A model generated the notes under the pieces. It was not told the DNA's origin and did not search any database. It saw only the letters and a list, made by a program, of their open reading frames with translations. Positions 1 to 12,265 of a stretch of 64,000 bases of DNA are shown piece by piece (position 1 is the stretch's first letter; every line of letters begins with the position of its first letter). The position numbers and the translations under genes were made by a program. The DNA is from Antedon mediterranea (lineage: Eukaryota; Animalia; Echinodermata): the NCBI RefSeq assembly GCF_964355755.1, contig NC_092678.1, positions 20,415,365 to 20,479,364 on the forward strand. Reading direction: 5' to 3'.

Positions 1-843
1 AATTTCAGAAATGTGATAATACTTAGAAGTGTATGGATAATAATATCATTGTGGATAATTTTCAGTAATTCATTCGTTATTGCGGTCGGTATTTGGAAAA
101 AGATGTACACAAACTTGGCAAAACGTATCCAGTTCAGTTTAAGTATAGTTGATTTAATATCTGGAGTGATCGGTAGCCTGTGGGTGATGCAGAGATTTTT
201 ATTAAAAAGGTCAACATTCATTTTTTTACTGGACTGTACTTTGTTGTATATGGTGTTTATTTCACAGCTACTGCTGTGTTTATTAACAGTCGAAAGATAC
301 GTAGCAATAGTCTATCCGTTTCGTCACTATCAGCTGATGACGTCACGTGTTATCAACACTGGAATTGCGGCTACAATAGTAACAGGAATCGTCATGTTCA
401 TTGCTGGAGGATTCATTGCATCTATCAACCTGCCTGCTTTCTTTTTAATGTTCGATACTGTGCGTCTGATAATTCTTGTGTTAATATGCGTATTCAATCT
501 CATTATTTATTTCAAAGCTAGGAAGCAGCAACTACAGATTTCAGCAATAGAGAATTCTGTCATCAAATCAAAACGCGTGAAAGACTACAAAGCCACGAAA
601 ACAACTATGATAATTGTCGGCACTTACGTTGTATGTATCTTTCCATATTTGGTATATTTTCTATCACATTCTATATACGAAATTATTCATGGTGAAAAAA
701 CATACGATGAGATAACGGCAATGTTATTATTAACAGTTACCTATTTAAACTCGGGAATGAATCCAATTGTGTATTCGTTTAGAAATGAGCAATTTCGTAA
801 TTTGATTCGTTCTCTGGTAAATAAAACGATGTGTCTCTCTTAA
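1..843 (+). CDS. Intronless class A (rhodopsin-like) GPCR, array copy 1; 5' end lies before the window
   Basis: 7 hydrophobic segments; D2.50 (SIVDL), ERYVAIVYPFRH, KATKT, CIFP, NSGMNPIVYSFR. The frame is open from base 1 and the ORF-track start is GTG, so the true ATG is upstream. Confidence 0.9.
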   Translation, partial: NFRNVIILRSVWIIISLWIIFSNSFVIAVGIWKKMYTNLAKRIQFSLSIVDLISGVIGSLWVMQRFLLKRSTFIFLLDCTLLYMVFISQLLLCLLTVERYVAIVYPFRHYQLMTSRVINTGIAATIVTGIVMFIAGGFIASINLPAFFLMFDTVRLIILVLICVFNLIIYFKARKQQLQISAIENSVIKSKRVKDYKATKTTMIIVGTYVVCIFPYLVYFLSHSIYEIIHGEKTYDEITAMLLLTVTYLNSGMNPIVYSFRNEQFRNLIRSLVNKTMCLS

Positions 844-1389
844 TGACAAAGAATTAAATTCATTTCGAAATTGAATAAAGTGAATTGCATATCAAAATCT
901 GCTAACATTATATCAAGAACCTACAACGATCATACTGAAAACAACCCTTAGGTCATAATATTTATCGAACCTCAAATTGGAACTTCTCTTGTAATTATTG
1001 AGAAATTCATCTTGTTCTCGTTTTAGTTCTTATAGCAGAACATTGTGCTCTCCAGTTCTTTTAGTAGCTCATGTGTGAGTCACGTCAAGAGAAACTTTTA
1101 GTTTTCTTTGTTACATAATTATTGAAAAATAACGTAAGACCTAGATGATAATAACAATCCTCGCATTAAAAGTTGCTTCTGTAATGTTGAACTATGAACC
1201 GGAACTGAACTTATGTCAGTAACTCCTAAACTACTATTGGTTCGTCTGCTTGTGACGTTGTGTTCTGTTAGTTTGCGTTCAGTGCTCTTTGAAACTCAAG
1301 TACCGTTTTTTCTCCGTGAATGTTACTTTGATCGCAACAACACCAAACTAAGTTATCAAACTTTGTGTTGTTAGGGCCTACTTGATAAA

Positions 1390-2256
1390 ATGAATAATAC
1401 TACAGACTTTAGGGACGAAATACTAGATTATACTAATGTAATAATACATACAAGTGTATGGCTAGTGATATCGTTGTGGATAATTGTCAGTAATTCATTC
1501 GTTATTGCGGTCACTATCTGGAAAAAGTTGTACACTAACTTGGCAAGACGTATCCAGTTCAGTCTAAGTGTTATTGATTTAATATCTGGAGTCATTGGTA
1601 GTATATTGTCGTTGTATAGAGTTTTTGTGGAAATACCCATTATAGAAACTTTATTTGACTGTATTTTTCTGTGTCTGGTGTTCATATCACAGCTGCATCT
1701 TGGGTTGTTAGTAATCGAAAGGTACGTGGCAATAGTCTATCCGTTACGTTATAATCACATAATGACATCACGCGTTGTAGACATTGGGATTGTAGTCACG
1801 AATATAATAGCGTTTTTAATGTTCATACCTGGTGTATTCATCATCGTATTTTCAAGCGATTGGTTATTTTTCTTGATGTTCAATACGATTAATCTTATAA
1901 CTCCGATGTTGATATGCGTTTTCAACGTTATAATTTACCGCAAAGCTAGGCAACAACAACGAAAAATCGACGCAATGGAAAATATTGTGATCAGAACAAA
2001 ACGCAGAAAAGACTACAAAGCTACGAAAACAACTGCAATAATTGTGGGCCCATATTTTGTATGCATTTTCCCACTTGTGTTTTATTTTCTGTATCAATCC
2101 CTATCTGATATTATTTATGGTGGAAACTCATCCGATGATGTTGTGCTTGCCGTACTATTGACAATTACTTATTTAAACTTTGGTTTAAATCCGATCGTGT
2201 ATTCCTTTAGGAATGAGAGATTTGTTCACTATTTTCGTTCTTTTGTAAATAATTGA
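1390..2256 (+). CDS. Intronless class A GPCR, copy 2 (288 aa)
   Basis: MNNTT N-glycosylation sequons; ERYVAIVYPLRY, KATKT, NPIVYSFR; paralogous to neighbours. Confidence 0.93.
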   Translation: MNNTTDFRDEILDYTNVIIHTSVWLVISLWIIVSNSFVIAVTIWKKLYTNLARRIQFSLSVIDLISGVIGSILSLYRVFVEIPIIETLFDCIFLCLVFISQLHLGLLVIERYVAIVYPLRYNHIMTSRVVDIGIVVTNIIAFLMFIPGVFIIVFSSDWLFFLMFNTINLITPMLICVFNVIIYRKARQQQRKIDAMENIVIRTKRRKDYKATKTTAIIVGPYFVCIFPLVFYFLYQSLSDIIYGGNSSDDVVLAVLLTITYLNFGLNPIVYSFRNERFVHYFRSFVNN

Positions 2257-2922
2257 TTGTGAAAAAAGAGATACCAGATACTCATTGAACTTGAGGTCCA
2301 ATGAATGTGACAGTCACTGTATGTATGCACTCACTTCTCTGTATGTTATACAGATATTGCCTGCTTAAAAGTTGAGTTTGTAAGTAGTTACGATGATCGA
2401 GCTAGGCCGCTAATATTTACACAGTTTTAAGCGAGTTTGATGAGAAACGCCGTTTGCAAACCGAAGGCCGACCACATGCAGCCCGCGTAAACGTTGACAA
2501 AGTCCAGGGTTATTGATACTGCAACCTATAGGATCGAATATAACAAATCGGTTCAGTGGTTCAGTGTGTCGCCATTTAGATCAATCACGTTCCGTGTTTA
2601 CATAAGCTATATAATTAGTAAAATAATATATGTTGTTTTCCTAATGTTAAACTGTTATTTTGCATTCTGTATCTTCCTCCCGTATTCCCATCCTCTGTTC
2701 ACGTTTATCTCGATTTATCAACTTTGTTTTGTTACTGATATGACAAATAATACCACTAATTGTATGAAGAAAAGATATTAAAATATAATATTTGCAACTT
2801 TATAGATAGTGATATCATTTTGGGTATCTATCAGCAATACTTTTGTTATCGCAAAAACAATGAGAAAAAGTTGGGGGAAACGTATCTTATACCACTTCAC
2901 ATGCCCAAAAATTATTTTTAAA

Positions 2923-3085
2923 GCTCTGTCTACACTCTCAGACTAGTTTGACAAGAAAGTGTGATGTGCCCAAATATGGTAGTGATATGCCCAAATATGG
3001 TAGTGATATGACATCATCGTACGTCTATTGGGCACATCGTATTTTGTTTGTCACATAAAGTTTAATTGAGTATAGCAAAGAACTT
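2923..3085. mobile_element. MITE family 1 copy
   Basis: agctctgtctacact terminus and tgtgatgtgcccaaatatggtagtgatatg core shared with ~10 copies in the window. Confidence 0.75.
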
Positions 3086-3156
3086 ATAACACAAGAATCT
3101 CCTGTTCGTCCGAAGCGCGTAACAATTTCGAAAGGCATTGTGGGATAGAATAGAAC

Positions 3157-3606
3157 TAATGGGTGGCGCCATTGTGAGCCATGGAGTAGCGCGCCCTCAT
3201 CAAATTCAAAATCAAAGAGGGGATCTGCTAATACTATAGGGGGATAGAGTAATTGACTGAGGCCTCAGGAATTAATAGTTTTGACTTCCTAGTTTGGGTG
3301 GGGCGCTGCTCCATGCTGTGAAATGGCGTCGCCCAGTTTGACCGTTTAACCCTGTACTTCCGATACTGTGTTTTGAATGCAAATTGAAGACTCAGGATTC
3401 TTGTGTTATAAGTTCTTTGAGTGTAGTCGGAGCTTAACAATAATTTGCTTTGTTTGGTGTTTATATATATATAATGGGTGGCGCCATTGTGAGCCATGGA
3501 GTAGCGCGCCCTCATCAAATTAGAAAGTCAAAATCAAAGAGGGGATCTGCTAATACTATAGGGGGATAGAGTAATTGACTGAGCCCTCTATAGGAATTAA
3601 TAGTTT
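3157..3606. repeat. Pair of ~130-bp near-identical direct repeats (~3157-3282 and ~3472-3606)
   Basis: taatgggtggcgccattgtgagccatggagtagcgcgccctcatcaaatt...gaggggatctgctaatactatagggggatagagtaattgactgag occurs twice, ~190 bp apart. Confidence 0.85.
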
Positions 3607-5211
3607 TTCATATCTCTTCACATCTACATTTAGATTCTTGTTTACGAACAGATATGTAACAACGTGGGTATATGGACATAAAATGGATAACAGATTTCGA
3701 CTGATAATTAAATATTTGTTGAACGAAAGTTAAAAAAAGACTAGAAAACTAGTAACTCATTTGTATTTGGTTCTGTTGCTTCAATAGATTTTGTACGCAT
3801 TTTAGAGGTTAATATTCGTATGTCTTTATTTGTAAACTGAATGTTTATGGATGCAATGTGGCAAATAATTCCATGAGGTGAAAGATTAAAGGTTATATTT
3901 CATTTGTTATTATTGAAAATAGATCTTTCATCTTTCACATCATGAAATTATGCATATACTTGTGCCAGTCACTGCAGTTGTAACGATATATACATTCTGT
4001 ATACAAATTGCAATCAATTAATATTGGAACAATTATTGTTGATTATAATTACCGTGTATTGCGCAGGGAAATTTCGAAAAATGGCCAATTTTCGACCTTT
4101 TTATTTTTAGACATAAATGGTTACTATCGCATAATAAACATGCGCAGAGTCGAATAATGGGTTTTGCGCATGTCAATTATGCTATATTAACAAGTTATGT
4201 CAACAAATAAAATGATCGAAAAAGTTTCCATTTTTGGAAAAAAAATCCTGTCCTGTACAAAAATACATGGCATATTTTTTTGTTTGATGTTCTTCTCAAG
4301 ACTATACATTTAGAAATATAATATTATTTGTATGTTTTTTATAATAAACAAAAACGCGTTTTGCTCATTTATTTAAAAGTAGCTTTTTGTAGATAATTCC
4401 TTTTCTTAAAGTACGGCAGTGTAGGCCTACAACATTGATTTCTTGTAACGATAAATTATACCTAATTATGGCAACAGTTTGATATTTGCATTATTGTAAC
4501 TTTATAATTTAATTTAATTACCATTTGCATGAAACACAATCTTTATTACCTTTAGCAAATTTACAATTTAGATACTTGTTTTGTATTTACCTACAAATTT
4601 CGATTAAATTAAATTCCAGAAAAGTACACCATTGTATAAAATTTGCATCATTTTTTGTATCTGAATAAAACAAAATAATAATATTTTGTGTATCATTGAT
4701 ATGCAAACATCTTCTCTGAAGTGTCCGCTCTTGTTCTGTTGCTAAACTCTCCACATTTGTTGGTCACCAGAATTATTCAAACACAAAATTGTTGTATTAT
4801 TTGTTAACTGTAATAGTATGTCCCAGGACCGATAAGTTTATATTTATATAGCTGTCTTAACCAATCGTCATAATAGCAGTCAGTTCTGGACTCTTGCAAA
4901 ATGGAGTCTCGTTTGTAGCTTAATTTGATTCCTGAATTACTTTCGTCTTTCTTCAATTCTGCGGTATGGTTCTCTGTGATCTTTCTCAAGCAAACAATCA
5001 TTTTTACTTCACTTTGAAGCCAACGTGTTAGAATAATACACTGTTCAGGATTTAGTACCAGCATGTGCGTCTAAAGGTAAACAAGTTGGAAACCAAACGA
5101 AAACTCTTGAACAGGAAAATACACAAGGAGCAAAAAAAGCGTATGGGACAGAAATACCACACCGACTATCATTCTACCTTTTTGAATGCTATTTTGACAT
5201 GATAAAGAATA

Positions 5212-6074
5212 ATGAATAACACTACTGACGCCAAGACACTAACTGTTAATAATACAATAATAATGGCAGGTGTGTGGATAGTGATATCATTGTGGATAAT
5301 TGTCAGTAATTTAGTTTTTATCGGGATCACTCTCTGGAAAAAGCTGTACACTAACTTGTCAAAACGTATCCAGTTCAGTTTAAGCATAATCGATTTAATA
5401 TCTGGAGTAATGGGTAGTGTATGGATATTTCAAAACCGTTTACTGAAAAGATCAATAACCAGATTACTATTACATTCCATGTTCTTGTGCCTGGTGTTCA
5501 TATCACAATTACAGTTGTGTCTATTAGCAATCGAAAGATACGTAGCAATAGTTTGTCCGTTACGTCATCATCAACTGATGACGTCATATGTTGTAAATAT
5601 TGGAATTGCGGCAACGATTGTAACAGGACTAGCTACTTTCATCATCGCTAGTGGTGTCACAGCAGTTTATATTGATTTGTTAGTTTTTGGGTTAATCTTC
5701 GATGGGATACGTCTAATAATTCTGACATTAATATGCGTCTTCAATTGCATAATTTATTTTAAAGCAAGAAAGCAACAACGACAAATCACCGCAATAGAGA
5801 ATGTTGTCATCAGATCGAAACGCACGAAGGACTACAAAGCTACAAAAAAATGATCATTATCGGTACTTATTTTTTATGTGTTTTCCCATATTTGGTTTAT
5901 TTTCTCTTTTACGGTTTTTTGGAAGTTGTTCGTGGTGAAAAGGACTATGACGACACAATATCAGTTGTACTGATGGGAGTTACGTATCTAAACTCCGGTA
6001 TGAATCCTATCGTGTATTCGTTTAGGAATGAGCAATTTATTAACTTTCTTCGTTCTCTGTTTAATAAACATTAA
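5212..6074 (+). pseudogene. GPCR copy 3 with one frameshift in an A7 run (or an intact gene with an assembly error)
   Basis: ORF 5212-5853 encodes TM1-TM5/ICL3 and ORF 5850-6074 encodes TM6-TM7 in the -1 frame. Junction is ACA AAA AAA TGA (A7 at 5844-5850). No other lesion seen. Confidence 0.85.
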
Positions 6075-7109
6075 TGACTTTAATATTAAAGGCACAGAAT
6101 GTATTTGAAGTAGAATAAATAAACACCTAACAAACATTTTGTTAGGCCCTTTTAAGCCTGTGTTCACATTAATAACATTGTGTGTTAGATTTTCTTTCTA
6201 AGACACATTTCTGTCTCTTTTTACAACAAGTATACCATACTTCCTTCCCGCTGAGCTTAAGTTCATGTACATGACCTAAAACAACGAGGCAAGTAATTTG
6301 ACCAATCACAAGCAATGGATTATTCGGACTGTCGATTACAATTGGTCAACTTGTACGATGTACTCTATACAACCTAGTATTACTTAAAACAACGAGGCTA
6401 CGCAAGTAATTTGACCAATCACAAGCAATGGATTATTCGAACTATCGATTACCATTGGTCAACTTGTACGATGTACTCTATACAACCTAGTATTAACTAT
6501 TTGTGTGACTGATGTGTAATTGATAATTTCCATAACAAACGTCAATTAAACTTAATAATATATAACGTAACTGGGGAAACACATTTTAACTTATTGTATT
6601 GTTCATGTACAATACAATAATTCAACAATCAAAATGAAGATATACATGGAAGGCTATCTTCCTCGTCTAACAGCAGTTAGTTTGCCACCTCTTGTGATAC
6701 AATATCTAAGATTTCTGATTTAATCATGGATGTGTCTTTTTTGTGTTTGTTTGTTTGTTTGTTTTTATTTCTTGCTCATATAAAAATAACAGTGGTACAG
6801 AAATATATATATATATATATCAAAAGTCGCAGACTAAACAAACAACAAAATCAGAACAAAGACAACAACAAAAAACGAGTAGGAGCAAAGGATAACCCTC
6901 TAAACCCGGCGGTTAGTATCCTGAGGGGTCCCGAAAGAAAAAACAAAGGAAAAATGAACAATTAATCAGACGGCAAGAAGTGAACTAACTAGTTCTCTTT
7001 GTACCATCAATCAGCACATTGGTTGTTTACCAGAAGAAAAATTCTATCATCAAACTTTGGATGATGTTGTAACGTTATTCAATCGCCATAACAATCGTTA
7101 TTTCCATTT

Positions 7110-7540
7110 CACAATTTTGATTGTAACAAAAATTCTTATTTTCACAGCCGATGGATGCGTCACAGTTTATTTTAACACATATCTATTTTTCTTAATCTTC
7201 CATATAATTAATCTAGTAATTCTGACATTTGTCTGCGTCACGTCTTCAATGTAATCAAAGCCAGAAGCCAATAAGAGAAAATTGTTGCAATCGGTAATCT
7301 AGTGATAAGATCAAACCGAACTTCAGAGCTACGAAACCACACTTATCTTTGTAGGCACATACGTTGTATGTATTTTCCCATATTCGGTTTATTTCCTTTC
7401 TTAGTTTAAATTGGATATCAGTTTTAGACGCGATGACTGCAGGTACTAGCGACAATTACTTATTTAAACTCTTGTATGAATCCTATCGTGTATTCGTTTA
7501 GGGATGAGGAATGTATTCATTTTGTTCTTTAATTAATAAA
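7110..7540 (+). pseudogene. Decayed 3' half of a GPCR copy (TM4-TM7)
   Basis: Remnants gtaattctgacatt, agatcaaaccgaac, gtaggcacatacgttgtatgtattttcccatatt and acttatttaaactcttgtatgaatcctatcgtgtattcgtttagg, with frameshifts and stops. Confidence 0.85.
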
Positions 7541-8295
7541 CATTATATACGAAGACGAATTAAACAACAATATGAAACTAAACTCCAAGAAACCGTTTAA
7601 CTGTTTAATTAAGGTGACGAATTTTTTAAATCTCATGGACAAAAAAAATGTCACATGGCGTAGAATTGTGTAACAGCAGACAGTAAATTCCACAGATAAA
7701 TTAAAAAAGTACGAATATTTAAAACACTTAATAATAAGGAATGGGAGGAATACCATAAAGTAATTAAGCGGAGAGGTTAAGCAAACGTCGCATTTTTGGA
7801 AGACTTGTCGGTGGTGGAACAGCCCGTAAGTCAGTATTATGCCGTAGGTAACATTTTGTAAAATGCGCTCTAATACGCCACACAACTAACTTGTAGGCCT
7901 AATGGTTATGATCCTATTTTAAATGTATGTTGATTGATTGATATCTTCCTATGGGAAAAAAGCTACGGTACGCAATATTCTTGCTAACTGGAAGTACACT
8001 TTTAGATAAAAAGCATTGTAGAATGTTTGCGCCACTTTTTGGTCACTTATTTTGTTTTTATTTCAAAAAAGCAAGTCTTAAAGAATACATGTATATCTGT
8101 GATGGCACTAGTTACACTCTTTTATGCGTGATTAAGTAATGAATTACGTAATGCATAAATTAGAATACAGGGGAGAAAGATTTGTACTTTACTGCGTCAT
8201 GCTATTGTGTATATATATATATATATGTATGAATTAATTAATTAAATTTCAGTATATCACCGGGCGGTTTAGAATTAATGTTCTTTGCCTGTTGT

Positions 8296-8423
<128 letters not shown>

Positions 8424-9027
8424 TAAGTGGAATATTCAAATTTTATCATTCTATAACCTCACTCAAGATGACCTCTTTAACGATACCGTTAAATCTAATA
8501 ATATCTAGAATTACGGTTAACATATACTTTACATTATGTGTTTCAATAATTAAACCAAATTTAAAAGGTAAATTTGTATATGAAATAAAATCTCTTTCAA
8601 CGCCTGAAACGTTGTAATACAATTTAGTCATTATCACAGAAGCTCCAAATATTTTGTTGTCATAATTAAGTTAACTAAATCAATGTGTAAATCATCATCT
8701 CCTTCTGGTTTTAGTTCCTTAGCAGAACATTGTACTCTCCAGTTCTTTCATTTGTGGGCCACGTTCAGAAGAATAGGTTTATTAGGCCTACTCTCTAGCA
8801 ACTCTACAACTTTCATTTCGATTGCACGACCATTGAAGCTGGACTGATGTTGAAATTTTAACTTGAACTGACGTCAGTAATTCATACAAGTTTCTTCATT
8901 AATACTCGTCTGCTTTCTGTTATTTCGAGTTTGTTTTTTTTAAACTTTTTTTTCAAGTAAATCTGTCATTTTTACTTTGATTTCAACACTATTAAACAAA
9001 GTTTCCAAACTTTATTTGATTGACAAA

Positions 9028-9882
9028 ATGAATGCTACCGAGGAAGACGAAATACTAAATACAATCATAATGTCTAGTGTATGGCTAGTGATATCATTGT
9101 GGACAATTACCAGTAATTCCGTTGTTATTGTTGTAACGCTCTGGAAGAAGCTTTACGCTAACTTAGCAAAACGTATCCAGTTCAGTTTAAGTATAGTTGA
9201 TTTAATATCTGGAGTAATTGGTGATCTGTGGTTAATACGGAAATGGTACATTGCTATACCAACTGTAGACTTCATAATTGATTGTCTATTATTGTGCCTT
9301 GTGTTCATATCACAATTACTGTTGTGTTTATTATCAGCCGAAAGATACGTAGCAATAGTCTATCCGTTTCGTCACCATCAACTGATGACGTCACGTGCTG
9401 TCAACACTGGAATTGCGGCTACGATTGTAACTGGAATCGCCATGTACATTGCTGGAGTATTCATTACATATTACGTCAGCAAGTCCAGTTTCTTTTTAAT
9501 GTTTGATACAATACGTCTCATAATTCTAACGTTAATATGTGTATTTAATGTTATCATTTATTTCAAGGCTAGAAAGCAGCAACAGAAAATTGCGGCAATA
9601 GAGAATGCTGTCATCAGATCAAATCGTACAAAAGAGTATAGGGCTACAAAAACAACTCTGATCATTATTTGTACATATTTTGTATGTATTTTCCCATTTT
9701 TGGCATACTTTCTGTATTGCTCTGTTTTGGGAATCGTCAATGGGAAAAACGGTTACAATGACAGAATAGCAGTAGTACTATTAGCTATTACCTTTTTAAA
9801 CTCTGGTATGAACCCAATAGTGTATTCGTTTAGGAATGAACAATTCATTCATTTTGTTCGTTCTCTATTGAACAAGCTTTAA
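9028..9882 (+). CDS. Intronless class A GPCR, copy 4
   Basis: In-frame ATG at 9028 (MNATEED); ERYVAIVYPFRH, RATKT, NSGMNPIVYSFR. Confidence 0.93.
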   Translation: MNATEEDEILNTIIMSSVWLVISLWTITSNSVVIVVTLWKKLYANLAKRIQFSLSIVDLISGVIGDLWLIRKWYIAIPTVDFIIDCLLLCLVFISQLLLCLLSAERYVAIVYPFRHHQLMTSRAVNTGIAATIVTGIAMYIAGVFITYYVSKSSFFLMFDTIRLIILTLICVFNVIIYFKARKQQQKIAAIENAVIRSNRTKEYRATKTTLIIICTYFVCIFPFLAYFLYCSVLGIVNGKNGYNDRIAVVLLAITFLNSGMNPIVYSFRNEQFIHFVRSLLNKL

Positions 9883-9894
9883 ATAACAAGATAT

Positions 9895-10242
9895 ATTCGA
9901 CTTTAGCTGTTCGGCTGATCAGTTCGGCTGATCAGTTCGGCTGATTTGTTCGATTAAGCTGTTCGTCTGATCTGTTTAGCTGAACTGTTCGACTAAAATG
10001 TTCGGCTTATATGTTCGGCTGATAATGTTCTGCTAATATGTTCGACTAATATGTTCGACTAAGCTGTTCAGATGATCTGTTCGGCTGATCTATTCGACTA
10101 AGCTGTTCGGCTGGTCTGTGCGGCTGATCTATTCGACTAAGCTATTCGGCTGACCTGTTCGGCTGATCTGTTCGACTGCTATGTTCGGCTGATCTATTTG
10201 ACTAAGCTATTCAGCTGATCTGTTTGACTAAGCTGTTCAGCT
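9895..10242. repeat. Minisatellite with 12-bp unit (tgttcggctgatc / tgttcgactaagc variants)
   Basis: Degenerate 12-mers over ~350 bp, starting just after the copy-4 stop codon. Confidence 0.92.
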
Positions 10243-11404
10243 TTCCAATCGGTAGACCTTGTTCGAACCCCAGAGGCCCGATACTACAGTATTTTCTTAA
10301 TGTCTCTAGAAATGATACCATACGTGAATTAGTTTTAAGAAAATCACAGTAGGACTAATCACCAATTGCCTGATGATGATTTCCTACATATTCGATGTTA
10401 TTAAAGATATTTACGAAATATTATCTGATCTTATAAGTCAACGAAACTCAAAAAATTTAAAGTTTCGTACTAGAATCGATAAAATGACAATTCGCCTACA
10501 ACAATCACATACATACAAGATACACTCTTTTTGATTACAATCGATCAAACTTGAAATAATCCTTCAAAAACAACAACAATAATGATCGGTTTGTTGTTTA
10601 ATTTCCGGTAGCTCAATGTCAATCGTAAACAGTTACAATATTGGACTGTCAAACTTGTATTTTTGTAAAATGTAATTTAGTTTATTATCACATATTAAAT
10701 CGCTATTATGATATTGTCTTACACTAATCGTTATTCTCAAGTTTTACATCAAGTGTTATTATAGAGTCAAATTACTAATTTGAAGTTGTTGAAGTTAAAC
10801 TAAATTAAATATTTAGCTTTAAAAGTGTTTTGTTGATTACTTTTTTTGATTTGTGAATTATATTTATTGTGTAGGCTGACTGACCAGTTGAAAGCAATCT
10901 TGTGTACTTTATTTGAGCGACAAGCATGCGTTGTATAATGTAATATTTCTTACGAAACTGTTCTATTTTAACTGTGAAAAAAGGTTTATATAGACAACTA
11001 TATCCGTTAGTTGTTTCTGTAATACTGTCATCTTGGTTGGATTCTCCCCTGATAAGCTCAAACTTGGTTATCTCATCAATCGTGAGAGAAGTTACTTTTT
11101 TAGTTTGCTTTGTTCTTCCTAGGTGTAAAAACAAAGACGTTCCATTGTAATAAATATTGTTACGTTTATCCTTCTTATAATACGCTGTGGAACGTTATAA
11201 ATGGTAACATATTTTCTCTACTGAGAAGTAATTGTACTAAAAATACTTTGCGAACACTCTGCCATTTATTGTTTTTATTTTTATTGCAATATTGTTATCT
11301 TTGTTGTCATTTTTAGACATTCCTTTGTTTCATTTTTGGTTGATAAATTATCTCAACTGTTATTTCTTTGAGTCGAAACGAGTCCATTTTACCACGAAGA
11401 TACA

Positions 11405-12265
11405 ATGAACACCACAGCCAAAGATAAAATGGACTATAGGAATATAATTATTGGACTGCTATGGATAGCAACATCGTTTTGGATAGTAGCGAGTAATGTA
11501 TTCGTTATTACTTTCATCATCTGGAAAAAGCTTTACAAAATAAACTTTACAAAACGTATCCTGTTCAGTATAAGCATAACTGATTTAACTATTGGACTAA
11601 TTGGTAGTGTGTGTTTTTTTATAGTGCAGAAAGCTGTAGTTTCAAAATCAACTCTTGCCATTGTATTAGATATGGTGTTACTGTGTTTGGTGTTCACATC
11701 ACAGTTGCAATTGTGCTTGTTAGCAATCGAAAAATACGTAGCAGTAGCTTATCCATTTCGTCATCAGTTGATAACGAATCGCATTATAAATACAGGAATT
11801 ATCGTCACAATTTTTGTAGGATTTGTCATAATGTTTGCGTTATTCAGCCGTCACCGTTTAATGGTGTCATTATTTTTCCTGATAATAGATACAGCACGTC
11901 TACTAATAATGTCGTTGATATGTGTTTTAAATTGTTTAATATATCTCAAGGCTAGAAAGCAACAACATAAAATCGCCGCAATAGAGAATGCTGTGATCAG
12001 ATCAAAACGCACCATCGACTACAAAGCTACGAAAACAACCACTATAATTGTCGGAACCTATTTCGTATGCATTTCACCTTTTCTGGTGTATAATATATAC
12101 CAATCTTTATTATATGTTGTTTGTGGTGTTTACGACCCGGATAAAAGACTACAAGTTGTGCTATTTACACTTACCTATTTAAACTCTGGTTTGAATCCTA
12201 TCGTATATTCATTTAGAAGTGAGCAGTTTGTTACATATTTTCGTTCTTTGTTGAATAAATTGTAA
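11405..12265 (+). CDS. Intronless class A GPCR, copy 5 (most divergent; EKY instead of ERY)
   Basis: 7TM pattern, EKYVAVAYPFRH, KATKT, NSGLNPIVYSFR. Confidence 0.92.
   Translation: MNTTAKDKMDYRNIIIGLLWIATSFWIVASNVFVITFIIWKKLYKINFTKRILFSISITDLTIGLIGSVCFFIVQKAVVSKSTLAIVLDMVLLCLVFTSQLQLCLLAIEKYVAVAYPFRHQLITNRIINTGIIVTIFVGFVIMFALFSRHRLMVSLFFLIIDTARLLIMSLICVLNCLIYLKARKQQHKIAAIENAVIRSKRTIDYKATKTTTIIVGTYFVCISPFLVYNIYQSLLYVVCGVYDPDKRLQVVLFTLTYLNSGLNPIVYSFRSEQFVTYFRSLLNKL

Larger units (their letters stand above)
2740..3850 (+). pseudogene. Heavily decayed GPCR copy interrupted by repeats
   Basis: 2740-2886 resembles the N-terminus/TM1 of paralogs (ATGACAAATAATACCACT, gatagtgatatcattttggg, aaacgtatc) but has stops. 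TM3-like (~3608-3672) and TM5-like (~3760-3840) remnants resume after a MITE and a direct repeat. Confidence 0.55.

Noticed and set aside
4804-5064. 86-aa minus-strand ORF
   Set aside because: No recognisable motif or supporting exon structure.
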